This document shows positions 48,436-58,931 of a stretch of DNA of 64,000 nt, in pieces. The DNA lies in the NCBI GenBank assembly GCA_964623205.1, contig CAZUQX010000005.1:43826-107825 (forward strand). Direction: 5' to 3'. The position numbers and the translations under genes were made by a program. The first letter of the stretch is position 1; each line of letters starts with the position of its first letter. Origin of the DNA: an uncultured Candidatus Bathyarchaeia archaeon. GTDB lineage: Archaea > Thermoproteota > Bathyarchaeia > Bathyarchaeales > Bathyarchaeaceae. The notes under the pieces were generated by a model. It did no database searches and had not been told where the DNA came from. It worked only from the letters and a program-made list of their open reading frames with translations.

Positions 48436-49623
48436 TTAGCGGGTCATGGCTCTTTTGAATACTGGTACCGCTATTGCTGTCATGACTACTCCGAACCCTA
48501 TTAGCACAGAGAGTTCGGTAGTTAATGCAGGTATTTCTGCCCCAAGCACCATGACTTTCCTCAGAGCGTCGGCAACATATGTTAGCGGAAGAACTTTTGA
48601 GATGCTCTGCATGAACCACGGCATCTGTTCTATCGGGAAGAACACGCCGCTAAGGAACATCATAGGGAACATTATGGTAGTCATAAGCATCACGGCTGTC
48701 TCCTGATCCTTCGCAAAAGACGTTAACACAACACCCAAACCAACAAAACTGAACACACCCAATAGCAGCAAAGCAAAGACTAACAATATGTTTCCGTGGA
48801 CGGTAACGCCAAATAATGCCACAGCTAACACGAGTATGAGGACTCCCTGAAGTATACCTCTAGCCATCTGCGCAAGCGTTTTCCCAAGTATCACCGCAAG
48901 CCGGTTGATAGGAGCCACCATCATTCCGTCTAGAGTACCCACTTCTCGCTCCTGAGAAATTGCTGCAGGAAGTCCAGTCATAACGCTCATCATCACCGTC
49001 ATCGCCATAATTCCCGGGGCTATGAAGTCGAAATAGCTGAATTCGCCTTCAACAGCTCCTGTTGTCTGAACATTATATGGCTTCACGATCGCTAACGAAG
49101 CGTTCGGATCAACTCCTAATCCCTTAACGCTTTCTTGAGCTAAAATTGTACCCATCTCTTCAAACACTTCTCCCAAGACGGTTTGTATCATTGCCGACAT
49201 TTGCGGATTGGATTCGTCTGTTACAATTGTGATTGTTCCCTGTTTTCCACCCATAAGGTTTGAAGTGAAGTCGCTGGAGATTATTATGCCTCCTTCAGCA
49301 TCTCCCGTTTGAATCATCTCCCTAACTTCATCAAGATTCGAAGCATCAGTAAGCTTCATCATACCTGTGTTGTCATTAACTGTCTCCAAAGCCATAATGA
49401 AAGCTGAGCTTGCACTATAATCGCCGAATCCGTCATCTTCGTTCACCAAAGCAATGGATACGTTGCTTATGGAGGTCTCGGAAGGATAAATGAAACCAAC
49501 CATCGTCATCATGAATATCGGCATCAATATAAGCAAAACCAGCCCCATACGGTTCCTGAACAACTCCATTAAATCCTTCCAAGCAATCCTGAAACTATGT
49601 GAAATCATGGTTTTAGCACCCAT
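48436..49623 (-). CDS. ABC-2 exporter permease
   Basis: EREVGTL, FLSG.FFP, PLTY. Confidence 0.9.
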   Translation of the reverse strand: MGAKTMISHSFRIAWKDLMELFRNRMGLVLLILMPIFMMTMVGFIYPSETSISNVSIALVNEDDGFGDYSASSAFIMALETVNDNTGMMKLTDASNLDEVREMIQTGDAEGGIIISSDFTSNLMGGKQGTITIVTDESNPQMSAMIQTVLGEVFEEMGTILAQESVKGLGVDPNASLAIVKPYNVQTTGAVEGEFSYFDFIAPGIMAMTVMMSVMTGLPAAISQEREVGTLDGMMVAPINRLAVILGKTLAQMARGILQGVLILVLAVALFGVTVHGNILLVFALLLLGVFSFVGLGVVLTSFAKDQETAVMLMTTIMFPMMFLSGVFFPIEQMPWFMQSISKVLPLTYVADALRKVMVLGAEIPALTTELSVLIGFGVVMTAIAVPVFKRAMTR

Positions 49624-49628
49624 TCAGA

Positions 49629-50645
49629 TCACCTTACCCTCCGTCTCGGCCTAAGAGGCCCGTGATTACGCATCGGTATCTTGTTGTCAGCCGTATCTCT
49701 AACTTCGCGCCCAGTTATATGCAGGAAAACATCCTCGAGTGTAGGCTGGAGATTCTCGATCGAGTTTATTTTGGCATTCTCTGCTCTTACGGCGTCAATT
49801 ATTGTGTCAAATGCTTCGTCACCTGTTGCATGAATCTTTATGTGAGAAGCGTTTTCCTGAGAGACTGAATTGACGCATTTCAAGGATTGCAGCGCAGTGA
49901 CCAATTTTTTAGTGATATTTGGAATATCTAACTTCAGGACAGTTGTGTTATCTCCTGAAACAAGTTTTTTCAGATTTGTTGATGTATCAAGCGTGGAGAT
50001 TTCCCCATGGTCTATTATTGCTATGCGGTCACAGAGAATGTCGGCTTCGTTCATCATGTGCGTTGTGAGGATAATCGTTGTTTTGTTCTTTTTGTTGATT
50101 TTCTTAATGAACTCTCTGACTTCAACTGTGGATTGAGGATCTAACCCTAATGTAGGTTCATCGAGAAACAGTACTTTTGGCATGTTAAGCATTGCTCTTA
50201 TCACGTTCATTCTTTGCTTCATACCTGTTGAGAATGTGCCAACTTTAGAATCCTTCCACTTGCTAAGTTGAACCAGCGCTAACAGTTCAGTGATCCTCTG
50301 GTTAAGAAGATTTTTTGGTATGTTGTAGAGTTTTCCGAAAAACCGGAGGTTCTCCTTTGCTGTCAACCGGTCATACATTATCATTTTTTCGGAAACTAGA
50401 CCGATTAATTGCCTAACTTTGTTGTCGTGCTTTATTATGTCGTACCCGCCGATTGTGGCTGTGCCCTCTGTGGGTCTAGTTAAAGTGGAGAGCATTCTGA
50501 TAATTGTGGTCTTACCCGCTCCATTTGGGCCAAGTAGACCAAACACTTCACTTTTTTTCACGTCAAACGAAACGTGATCCACGGCAGTGAATTTGCCGAA
50601 CTTTTTCGTGAGCTTCTTAACCTCAATCATGGTGTCGCTTTCCAA
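49629..50645 (-). CDS. ABC exporter ATP-binding protein
   Basis: GPNGAGKT, FSTGM, LDEPT.GLD, TTH, LEDVF; TTG start after GGTGA. Confidence 0.92.
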   Translation of the reverse strand: MESDTMIEVKKLTKKFGKFTAVDHVSFDVKKSEVFGLLGPNGAGKTTIIRMLSTLTRPTEGTATIGGYDIIKHDNKVRQLIGLVSEKMIMYDRLTAKENLRFFGKLYNIPKNLLNQRITELLALVQLSKWKDSKVGTFSTGMKQRMNVIRAMLNMPKVLFLDEPTLGLDPQSTVEVREFIKKINKKNKTTIILTTHMMNEADILCDRIAIIDHGEISTLDTSTNLKKLVSGDNTTVLKLDIPNITKKLVTALQSLKCVNSVSQENASHIKIHATGDEAFDTIIDAVRAENAKINSIENLQPTLEDVFLHITGREVRDTADNKIPMRNHGPLRPRRRVR

Positions 50646-50667
50646 AACGGGGTCACCATCGCGATAA

Positions 50668-50701
50668 TATATTTTGGTGCAATATATCACACTAAAATAT
50701 A
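50668..50701. promoter_or_regulatory. Inverted repeat between divergent ABC and PadR genes (candidate operator)
   Basis: TATATTTTGGTG-N10-CACTAAAATATA, one mismatch. Confidence 0.6.
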
Positions 50702-50720
50702 AATATTCTGATGCACAAAT

Positions 50721-51308
50721 ATGGAATGGACGACGATGCATCTAGAAAAAGATGAAAAAATAGCCTCGAAGTGGCTCAAAGAAGCACAAAAAGGTTACAT
50801 GCGAATTGCTCTGCTAATCCTTTTGAGCAAAAAATCTTACCACGGCTACGAAATGATGAAAGAAGTCAAAGACAGAACCGAAGGCTTTTGGAAACCAACT
50901 GCTGGAGGTGTCTATCCAATTCTTCAGAGTCTAGAAAAGGCAGGATACATAAAGGGAGAATGGGGTCTTCAAAAGAGAAGACGCAAGATTTATAGAATAA
51001 CCGAGTCTGGTAGGCTTATTCTTGATCGAGCACTTTTCAAGCAGAGTCAGATTGCAAACAGCATGAGTGCCCTTTTTGAAGCGTATGCAAGAGATGTGTT
51101 GGCTGTAGAAACGAAGGCGTTGCCAATGCCGCCAATACCGAATCCTTTCTTTGCTTTCCTTGAAGAAAAACATGAAAACAGACTAGAAGATTTGGAGTTA
51201 AAGCGCAACCGAATTGAACAGATGATCACAATGCTACAAAAAGAGTTGAAGACTGTAAATAACAAATTAGTCCAGTTGAATAAACAAGAAGAAAAACTGG
51301 AAAAGTAA
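50721..51308 (+). CDS. PadR-family regulator
   Basis: HGYE, W.P..G.VYP.L..LE..G, RKIY.IT..G. Confidence 0.9.
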   Translation: MEWTTMHLEKDEKIASKWLKEAQKGYMRIALLILLSKKSYHGYEMMKEVKDRTEGFWKPTAGGVYPILQSLEKAGYIKGEWGLQKRRRKIYRITESGRLILDRALFKQSQIANSMSALFEAYARDVLAVETKALPMPPIPNPFFAFLEEKHENRLEDLELKRNRIEQMITMLQKELKTVNNKLVQLNKQEEKLEK

Positions 51309-51330
51309 CCTTTTTGTTGGAATTTCGGTT

Positions 51331-52185
51331 ATGTTAATCACTGCTTTTGATCCATGGAAATCCGAGTTGTGCACATGCCCTGACAAGTTGACTTTTAATC
51401 CTTATACTGGGTGTGATCATGGGTGTCTCTATTGCTACGCTTCCTCATACATCCCCCGTTTCTATGATTGTAGACCCAAGAAGGACCTGATCTCTAGGTT
51501 GAAGAGGGAGGCTGCCAGATTGAAGGGCGAGCTGGTTTCCATATCAAACTCTTCGGATCCTTATCCGCGGCTTGAAGAAAAGACTGGTTTGACGAGAAGA
51601 TGCTTAGAGATATTGGCAGAGAGCAATTGCAGGCTTCAGATAGTTACGAAATCTGACTTGGTGGTTAGAGACATCGACATCCTAAGGAAAGTTCCTTGTG
51701 TGGTTTCGGTTACTATCCTTACTGAAGATGATGGGCTCTCTAGGAAACTTGAGCCGGGCGCTCCTGTTTCTTCGGGACGACTTGAGGCGGTAGGAACTCT
51801 AGTTAATGAGGGGGTTCCTACTACGGTGAGAATTGATCCGGTTATTCCTTTTCTGAATGATGAATTGGCTGGGCTTGTGGAAGCCGTTGCCAGTTTAGGT
51901 GTGTTGCATATTACCTCTTCATCGTATAAGGTGAAGCCTGATAATTGGAGGAGATTCAGCCAGAATTTTCCGGAAGTCGCGGAGAAATTGCGACCATTAT
52001 ATTTCGAGAAGGGGGAGAGAATTGGTCGTTCCACATATTTACCTAGGGATCTAAGGTTTAGCTTGATGAAAAGGGTGAAAGAGTTGGCTGAAGAAAACAA
52101 CCTGAAATTTGGATGCTGCAGAGAAGGGTTCAGCTTGAATTCCGCTGTTTGCGATGGTTCTTGGGCAATTAAGATGCATGAATGA
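51331..52185 (+). CDS. Radical SAM protein (SPL-like family)
   Basis: NPYTGCDHGCLYCYA, SDPY, TKS, LEP. Confidence 0.9.
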   Translation: MLITAFDPWKSELCTCPDKLTFNPYTGCDHGCLYCYASSYIPRFYDCRPKKDLISRLKREAARLKGELVSISNSSDPYPRLEEKTGLTRRCLEILAESNCRLQIVTKSDLVVRDIDILRKVPCVVSVTILTEDDGLSRKLEPGAPVSSGRLEAVGTLVNEGVPTTVRIDPVIPFLNDELAGLVEAVASLGVLHITSSSYKVKPDNWRRFSQNFPEVAEKLRPLYFEKGERIGRSTYLPRDLRFSLMKRVKELAEENNLKFGCCREGFSLNSAVCDGSWAIKMHE

Positions 52186-52267
52186 TTGATAGAGCAAGAT
52201 TTTCAGGAAAAAGCTGTTTTTCAACATGCTGCTGTGATTAGGCTTCAAATAGAACTCGTGGTGCTAG

Positions 52268-53344
52268 CTATTTTATGCGTTGTGACTTGCTAGCCTTTGT
52301 CAACAGTCTTCTGTAGACTATGACTGCCATCAGTGTAACTATCATGAACAAAGGCAGAAAAATCCATGAAGGAAACTCTGGGATGAAATCGGCTGGAGTG
52401 TATCGTTCATTTGCTGCGGAGATGGGAGATCCAAACCAGCCCTCGCGACCTCCAATCGCGTATAAACTATCACCTACGACTGCAACACCTAAACCAAAAC
52501 GGGCGGTCGGCATTGCGGGACCAGCAACCCAAGTATCCGTTTCAGGATCATAGACCTGATTTAGGTTGACACCATCAAGACTCTCCTTCCCACCTATAAC
52601 ATAGATTCTCTCTGTCGCCGTGTCTCCAGCGGTTACGCCCGCAGCCGCTTGATCCACGCCAGTGGTTAGTGGAGCACCATTGCTCCATGTGTCAGTTTCA
52701 GGATCATAAACCTGATTGAGAGTGACACCAACTGCACCTCCCATAATGTAGATTTTGTTGTCAACAACTGCAGACGCGTGGTAACTAACTGCAGTCGGCA
52801 TTGGCGTTTTTGTAGTCCATGAATCGGTGGCGGGATCGTAAACCTCGTTCACGTTGAAGTACCCGCCTATGCAGTAGATTTTGCCGTCTACAACGCTTGC
52901 AGATAATCCCAGTCTTTTTGTGGGCATTGAAGTTCGGGTTTCCCACGTGTCTGTTAGAGGATCATAGACTTCGTTCACATTGGTGAGCGTCTCACCAGCC
53001 GTCCAATTACCGCTGTCTCCTCCAATGATGTATATTTTGTTTTCAACAACAGCTATTCCAAAAAAAATTCTTGGAGTTGGCATCGGCGTTTTTGTAGACC
53101 AAGTATTTGTAACTGGATCATATTCTTCAACACCGTTTGAGCCATAACTCCCTCCTATCGCATATATCTTCCCGTCTACAACAGCAACCCCAAGCCAAGC
53201 TCTTGCTGTAGGCATAGGCTCCATAGTTGTCCAAGAATCCTCAGTTGCCCTAACCGTCTCAATATTTGGGAGAGCAACTAATATAAAACATAGAATCAGC
53301 AGCAGAAAGAGAGCTACCCGCTTATCCCCCACCAAGGGCACCAT
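52268..53344 (-). CDS. Secreted Kelch beta-propeller with PEF-CTERM-type sorting signal (paralogue)
   Basis: Six Kelch repeats; ends IPEFPSW-TM-YRR. Confidence 0.88.
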   Translation of the reverse strand: MVPLVGDKRVALFLLLILCFILVALPNIETVRATEDSWTTMEPMPTARAWLGVAVVDGKIYAIGGSYGSNGVEEYDPVTNTWSTKTPMPTPRIFFGIAVVENKIYIIGGDSGNWTAGETLTNVNEVYDPLTDTWETRTSMPTKRLGLSASVVDGKIYCIGGYFNVNEVYDPATDSWTTKTPMPTAVSYHASAVVDNKIYIMGGAVGVTLNQVYDPETDTWSNGAPLTTGVDQAAAGVTAGDTATERIYVIGGKESLDGVNLNQVYDPETDTWVAGPAMPTARFGLGVAVVGDSLYAIGGREGWFGSPISAANERYTPADFIPEFPSWIFLPLFMIVTLMAVIVYRRLLTKASKSQRIK

Positions 53345-53620
53345 TACTACACTATTTACTGAAACAGAAAAGGGTTTTTGTCAAGAAACATTGACCAAAA
53401 CACACCTTTTAATAGTCAAGAAACTTTGACCAAACAAAAACCATTAGCAAATTCTGCTCTTTGGTTAGTTAAATAAACATTTACCATTCATATGTTAGGA
53501 GAAATGAAATTTTTAGTGTTATCCATAGAAGAGTTATCTTACCCTACAATAAGGTTTATAACTTAACGTTCTTATTGAAAAAGACGAATTTGCACTAACA
53601 CGACAAGAAGGATACCACGA

Positions 53621-54628
53621 ATGGGTCACAGAAAGAAACATGCACCCAGACACGGTTCATTAGCCTATCTGCCTAGAGGACGCGCCAAACGAACAGTTGG
53701 AAGAATCCGGTTCTGGCCCAAAGTAGAAGAGGGGCCAACACTGCTCGGGTTCATGGGCTACAAAGCCGGAATGACCCACATACAAATGGTGGAAGACAAA
53801 CCAGGTTCCATGAACTTGGGCAAAGAGGTATCACATCCAGCAACCATTCTGGACGTTCCACCAATCATAGTCTTCGCCATTCGTGCCTACATTAAAAATC
53901 AGTACGGGTTACAAACATTTACTGAAGCTTGGATGAAAGATCCCCCCAAGGATTTCGACCGAGCCCTTGTTTTGCCTGAACATTTCAACACTGAAGAGAG
54001 TCTAAAGAAGGTTGAAGAGGGCATAGATAAAATAGCGGAGGTTCGCCTCCTTGCTGCAACGCAGCCGAGACTCGCTGGCGTTCCAAAGAAAAAGCCAGAT
54101 ATAATGGAAATTAAGGTGGACGGAGGCTCAATCAAAGAACAGATTGAATACTCAAAGAGCCTACTAGGAAAAAACGTCTCGGTTACAGACGTTTTTAAAG
54201 AAGGCCGTTTTGTGGATGTGGTGGCAATAACCAAAGGAAAAGGCTTTCAAGGTCCAGTAAAACGGTGGGGAGTCAAAATCTTGCCTCGCAAGTCTCATAA
54301 GACCAAGCGGGGAGTAGCCTGCATCGGACCGTGGAAACCCCCAAGGGTCCTATACACGGTTCCCAGAGCTGGCCAAATGGGCTACCACCAAAGAACCGAA
54401 TACAATAAACGGATTCTAAAAATAGGCATCGACGGGAAAAAAGTTACTCCAAAGGGCGGATTCTTGAAGTATGGATCTGTAAAAGGAACCTACGTTATCG
54501 TGGACGGAAGCCTCCCCGGTCCTGTTAAACGTCTCATACGGCTGCGACATCCAGCTCGTCCACCAAAAAAGGCTCCTGAATCTCCTCCAAACATCACTTA
54601 CATTTCGTTGGAGTCCATGCAAAAATAA
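53621..54628 (+). CDS. rpl3: 50S ribosomal protein uL3
   Basis: GYKAGMTH, TKGKGFQGPVKRWG, RAGQMGYHQRTE. Confidence 0.97.
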   Translation: MGHRKKHAPRHGSLAYLPRGRAKRTVGRIRFWPKVEEGPTLLGFMGYKAGMTHIQMVEDKPGSMNLGKEVSHPATILDVPPIIVFAIRAYIKNQYGLQTFTEAWMKDPPKDFDRALVLPEHFNTEESLKKVEEGIDKIAEVRLLAATQPRLAGVPKKKPDIMEIKVDGGSIKEQIEYSKSLLGKNVSVTDVFKEGRFVDVVAITKGKGFQGPVKRWGVKILPRKSHKTKRGVACIGPWKPPRVLYTVPRAGQMGYHQRTEYNKRILKIGIDGKKVTPKGGFLKYGSVKGTYVIVDGSLPGPVKRLIRLRHPARPPKKAPESPPNITYISLESMQK

Positions 54629-54629
54629 A

Positions 54630-55424
54630 TTGGTGGTAAGTATGGGTAAGACTTCGGCTAAAGTTTTTGATCTGAAAGGCGAAGAGGTAGATAAGGTTCG
54701 TCTCCCCCCGATATTCAAGACTCCCAATAGACCAGATGTGATAAAGCGGGCAGTAGTTGCCATCCAATCTCACAGATTTCAACCCCAAGGCCGAGACCCC
54801 ATGGCTGGAAAGAAAAACACAGCAGAGTCCCGAGGGACCGGAATGGGAATCTCCCGTATGCCCCGAATGAAGGAAAGGGGCCAACGAGCCGCCTTTGCTC
54901 CTGGCACTGTGGGAGGCAGATCAGCTCATCCTCCAGAGGCTAAAAAGAAAATCAAAAAGAAGATTCCTAAAAAGGAGATGCACTTAGCTTTACGTTCAGC
55001 AGTCGCCGCCACAGGATCCCAAGAGATCGTAGCTTCCAGAGGACACATGGTGGACGATGTGCCCGACTTTCCCCTAGTTGTAATGGACGAAATTCAAAGC
55101 CTGAAAAGAACCAAAGATGTGGAAGAAGCTCTCATGAACCTTGGAGTGTGGCCTGACATCTTTCGTGCCAAAGAGAGCCGTAAGGTTAGAGCTGGCAAAG
55201 GAAAGATGCGGGGGCGAAAGATGAAACAGGCTGTTGGACCTCTGCTGGTCATAACCAAAAACGAAGGCGTGGCTGAGGCAGCTCGAAACCTTCCCGGAAT
55301 AGAAGTCGCCTCAGTGGAAAACTTAAACGCTGAACTTTTGGCTCCCGGAACCCACCCGGGAAGACTGACGGTTTGGACGAGTTCAGCTCTTGAGAAAGTG
55401 GAGAAGGTCTTTGGAGGAAGATAG
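54630..55424 (+). CDS. rpl4: 50S ribosomal protein uL4
   Basis: QPQGRDPMAG, GGR.AHPP, RAGKGKMRGR, LAPG.HPGRL. Confidence 0.97.
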   Translation: MVVSMGKTSAKVFDLKGEEVDKVRLPPIFKTPNRPDVIKRAVVAIQSHRFQPQGRDPMAGKKNTAESRGTGMGISRMPRMKERGQRAAFAPGTVGGRSAHPPEAKKKIKKKIPKKEMHLALRSAVAATGSQEIVASRGHMVDDVPDFPLVVMDEIQSLKRTKDVEEALMNLGVWPDIFRAKESRKVRAGKGKMRGRKMKQAVGPLLVITKNEGVAEAARNLPGIEVASVENLNAELLAPGTHPGRLTVWTSSALEKVEKVFGGR

Positions 55425-55425
55425 T

Positions 55426-55686
55426 TTGGATCCCTACAAAACTATCCAGTATCCTGTCATGACAGAGGTTACAAGCCGTATACTGGAGGCGGAAAATAAG
55501 CTCGTCTTCATTGTCAGCAAAAAGGCCACGAAAAGGGACATCAAGATGGCGGTGGAGGAGCTTTATGACGTGGTTGTGGAGAAAGTCAACTCGACAATAA
55601 CTCCTGAAGGCGAGAAAAAAGCTTTTGTGAAACTTCACCCCGACTACAAAGCAGTGGACGTAGCTATTAAACTAGGAATCCTATAA
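55426..55686 (+). CDS. rpl23: 50S ribosomal protein uL23
   Basis: P..TE, ENKLVFIV, G.KKAFVKL; TTG start after GGAGG. Confidence 0.95.
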   Translation: MDPYKTIQYPVMTEVTSRILEAENKLVFIVSKKATKRDIKMAVEELYDVVVEKVNSTITPEGEKKAFVKLHPDYKAVDVAIKLGIL

Positions 55687-55713
55687 TCACGAATCAATCT
55701 CTTTGGGTTTAAG

Positions 55714-56445
55714 ATGCAATTGTCCTCCAAAATATTTCCCGTTATAGTGTTTCTGTTGGTTGCCGTAGCTTCTCTGACTCTTCTCATCTTTCCGGAACTC
55801 GTATATGAGATTTTAATCTGGGTGATAAAGTCTTTCCAAGTCGGAGGACTCCCCCTCTTGTTTGTCATGATGATTATACAAGCCTTAGCTATTCCCATTC
55901 CCTCTGAGCTTGTTCTGATCGCAGGAGGCTTAGCCTTTGGACTCCTTTCGGGATGGCTCGTTGGAGCATTAGGATCAATAGTTGCTGCTCTCGTGGGCTT
56001 CGGCATTTCTCGTTGGGGAGGCAGGTCCCTTGCCATCCGGTTAGTTGGCGAGAAAGGAATCGAGTTTGCGGATAACTGGTTTAATCGGTGGGGAGCTTGG
56101 GCAGTCCTTCTGGGAAGATTCGCGCCTTTCATACCTTTTGACGCAATATCTTACAGTGCAGGTTTGACTAAGATGAAGTTAAAGAATTTCATGATTCCTA
56201 CTGTGATAGGCACTTTTCCTCGAGCTTTCTTCTACGCTTTTCTGGGGGGTTTCTTTGGAGTAACGTTCCAAGACCTAATAGATCACTACGAAAAATACGG
56301 GGAAATACCCTCAGAGCTTCAGGGAGCGCTTTCAACTTTCAACTTCGTCTTGCTGGCAGTAGTTGCGGTGATGGCAACAATTCTCATAGTGTACTGGCTT
56401 GTCACACGAAGGTACACTGCTAAGAAGGAAACTAAAAGTATTTAA
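55714..56445 (+). CDS. DedA/TVP38 (VTT domain) membrane protein
   Basis: PIPSE...AGG.AFG, R..GR, GRFAPFIPFD.ISY.AG. Confidence 0.9.
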   Translation: MQLSSKIFPVIVFLLVAVASLTLLIFPELVYEILIWVIKSFQVGGLPLLFVMMIIQALAIPIPSELVLIAGGLAFGLLSGWLVGALGSIVAALVGFGISRWGGRSLAIRLVGEKGIEFADNWFNRWGAWAVLLGRFAPFIPFDAISYSAGLTKMKLKNFMIPTVIGTFPRAFFYAFLGGFFGVTFQDLIDHYEKYGEIPSELQGALSTFNFVLLAVVAVMATILIVYWLVTRRYTAKKETKSI

Positions 56446-56496
56446 AAAAGGTTCATATCTGTAGAACCTGAATGTTCCAAAGGAAGATGTAACATA

Positions 56497-57234
56497 TTGG
56501 GTAAACGTATTCGAGTGCAAAGACGCGGAAGAGGGACTCCAACATTTAGGGCATCAACTCACAAGAGGGTGGCTCCCGTTCAGTATCCTCCAAGTTCCGC
56601 CAAGGAACAGGAAGGAGTCATCCAAGGCCAAGTCAAGGCTATAATCCACGACCCTGGAAGAGGGTCTCCCATGGCATCCATAAAGCTTGAGACTGGAGAA
56701 ACATATTACTCGGTGGTTCCAGAGGGCGTCTATGAGGGGCAGCCCACCCAAATCGGCGGCGAAGCTTCAGTGGATATAGGAAATGTTCTTCCGTTGGGCA
56801 GGATTCCCGAGGGCACCATGGTCTGTAACATTGAGCTTTCTCCTGGCGACGGGGGCAAACTAGTCCGTTCCTCTGGGGCTTACGCAACCGTGGTTGGACA
56901 CACGGCTGACGGAACGATTGTGAAGCTTCCTTCTGGGAGCACTAAGTATGTGAATGATATTTGCCGAGCAACAGTTGGAGTTATCTCAGGGGCTGGTCGT
57001 GTCGAAAAGCCTTTTCTCAAGGCGGGAAACAAGTTTCACCTTATGAAGGCTAAGGGTCATATGTATCCTCGCACTCGGGGTATCGCTATGGTGGCTGCTT
57101 CGCATCCTTATGGTAGCAGTAAGAAAGGGGGGCGTAAGGTTACAACTGTGTCGCGGAATGCTCCTCCGGGAAAAAAGGTTGGTTTGATTGCTGCAAGAAG
57201 TGCCGGTAGCAGACACAAGAAAAGAAGAGTCTAA
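56497..57234 (+). CDS. rpl2: 50S ribosomal protein uL2
   Basis: GKRI..QRRGRG, HDPGR, GDGG..VRSSG, APPG.KVG.IAAR. Confidence 0.97.
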   Translation: MGKRIRVQRRGRGTPTFRASTHKRVAPVQYPPSSAKEQEGVIQGQVKAIIHDPGRGSPMASIKLETGETYYSVVPEGVYEGQPTQIGGEASVDIGNVLPLGRIPEGTMVCNIELSPGDGGKLVRSSGAYATVVGHTADGTIVKLPSGSTKYVNDICRATVGVISGAGRVEKPFLKAGNKFHLMKAKGHMYPRTRGIAMVAASHPYGSSKKGGRKVTTVSRNAPPGKKVGLIAARSAGSRHKKRRV

Positions 57235-57516
57235 TCAATCATTTTTGGCAAAGTCTTAATTCAATAATCTCGAATTTACCAAACAAACTAGCAATTAACA
57301 TTAAGTATCTTCTAAGATTCTAAATTCTTACAGGACAGAGAAAGCACTTCCCCAAACCCTCAAATTTTGATACGGGCATGCCTCCCCCAAAAACCCAATT
57401 ACTTCTTGAGAACCGAATAGCACTGCAATTATCCTCCCTTGATTAATAATCCATAATTAGGTAGAACAACAAATAATCCTCTTAGCGGAGAAGCAAATCC
57501 GTTCTTCGCTTGGAAA

Positions 57517-58593
57517 GTGCAAAGGATGACAAATACAGCCGTGGTGTACTCACCTAAGTATCTGAACCACAAAACTGGGCTCCATCATCCCGAGTCCCCT
57601 TCCCGCCTCAGAGTGATCATGAGAGAATTGAACAAGAGCGGAATTCTAAAAAATGAAAGATGCTCTCTCGTTGAACCAGAAATCGCCAGCGTCAACGACT
57701 TGGAGTTGGTCCATGAATCCGACTATATTCAGTTGGTTCAACGAATTTGCATGTCTGGCGGTGGACTATTGGACCTCGGGGATACAGTGGTTTCTCCCGA
57801 AAGTTATGAGGTAGCCCGCTTGGCTGCCGGAGGAACCTTGAAAGCGGTTGACCTTGTCATGAAGGGAAAATTTAGAAACGCCTTCGCTTTTGTTAGACCT
57901 CCGGGGCATCACGCTGGACCATATTACGCCATGGGTTTCTGCGTCTTCAACAACATTGCAGTAGCCGCGTCTCACATCCTAGAAAAATTCAACCTTAATC
58001 GAGTGCTGATTTTAGACGTAGATGCCCATCATGGAAACGGCACACAGGAAACCTTCTACCGAACCAACAAGGTTCTCTACATCAGCCTCCACGAAGACCC
58101 CAGCGAGTTTCCCTTAACAGGATTTGCAGAAGAGATTGGCGAAGATGAAGGATTAGGATACACGGTAAACATCCCCCTTCCTTTCGGAACCAACGACAGA
58201 ATCTACCTCAGAGCCATCAACGAAATTGCGGTTCCCATAATCACGCAATACAAACCACAATTCATTCTTGTCTCCACGGGATTTGACAACCATCACACAG
58301 ACCCAGTGGCTGAATTATCATTATCCGCCTATAGCTACACCAAAATCTTCGATACAATTCTAGAGTCATCATCAAAATTGTGTCAAGGAAAACTTGTGGC
58401 AGTTCTGGAGGGTGGGTACAACCTAAGATTTCTGGGAAAGCTTGCAGCTGCGGTAACTGCTAGGATGGCTGGAATATCCTATTCCATCAGGGATGAGCGT
58501 CCGGGGGCAGTTTCTGCAATACGGAAAAAAGGAGAAAAAACGATAGAAGAAGTGAAGAAGATTCAATCTTCGTTCTGGAACATAAAATCCTGA
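57517..58593 (+). CDS. Histone deacetylase family protein
   Basis: HPE.P.R, RPPGHHA, GFC.FNN, DAHHGNGT, LEGGY. Confidence 0.93.
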   Translation: MQRMTNTAVVYSPKYLNHKTGLHHPESPSRLRVIMRELNKSGILKNERCSLVEPEIASVNDLELVHESDYIQLVQRICMSGGGLLDLGDTVVSPESYEVARLAAGGTLKAVDLVMKGKFRNAFAFVRPPGHHAGPYYAMGFCVFNNIAVAASHILEKFNLNRVLILDVDAHHGNGTQETFYRTNKVLYISLHEDPSEFPLTGFAEEIGEDEGLGYTVNIPLPFGTNDRIYLRAINEIAVPIITQYKPQFILVSTGFDNHHTDPVAELSLSAYSYTKIFDTILESSSKLCQGKLVAVLEGGYNLRFLGKLAAAVTARMAGISYSIRDERPGAVSAIRKKGEKTIEEVKKIQSSFWNIKS

Positions 58594-58670
58594 TTCTTCA
58601 TGGAAGAGAGAAAAGTTTGGGGAAATGGATACTCTTCCCCGAGTGGGCATTCTAATTGGTGCGCCTGTTT

Positions 58671-58856
58671 TTACTCTTCGATGACTTGGATGGCACCTTC
58701 GGGACACTGCATCTCGCATGCTCTACAGATGAGACAGTCATCGATATTTACTGGAACCGATTTTTCGTCATTAAGTTCGAAAACTTCGACAGGACAAACA
58801 TCGACGCATGTTCCGCATCCATTGCATTTCTCCTTATCAACTATAATTTCTACCAT
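58671..58856 (-). CDS. 2x[4Fe-4S] ferredoxin
   Basis: CNGCGTCVDVCP, CLICRACEMQCP. Confidence 0.9.
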   Translation of the reverse strand: MVEIIVDKEKCNGCGTCVDVCPVEVFELNDEKSVPVNIDDCLICRACEMQCPEGAIQVIEE

Positions 58857-58931
58857 GAGATACTCAACTCCTCTTTTTAGATTCTAATCAAAAGAAATCA
58901 TTAAAATAAAAACGTTTTGTAATTATCGGAT

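Noticed and set aside
58600-58887. Plus-strand 95-aa and 74-aa ORFs
   Set aside because: Antisense shadows of the ferredoxin gene
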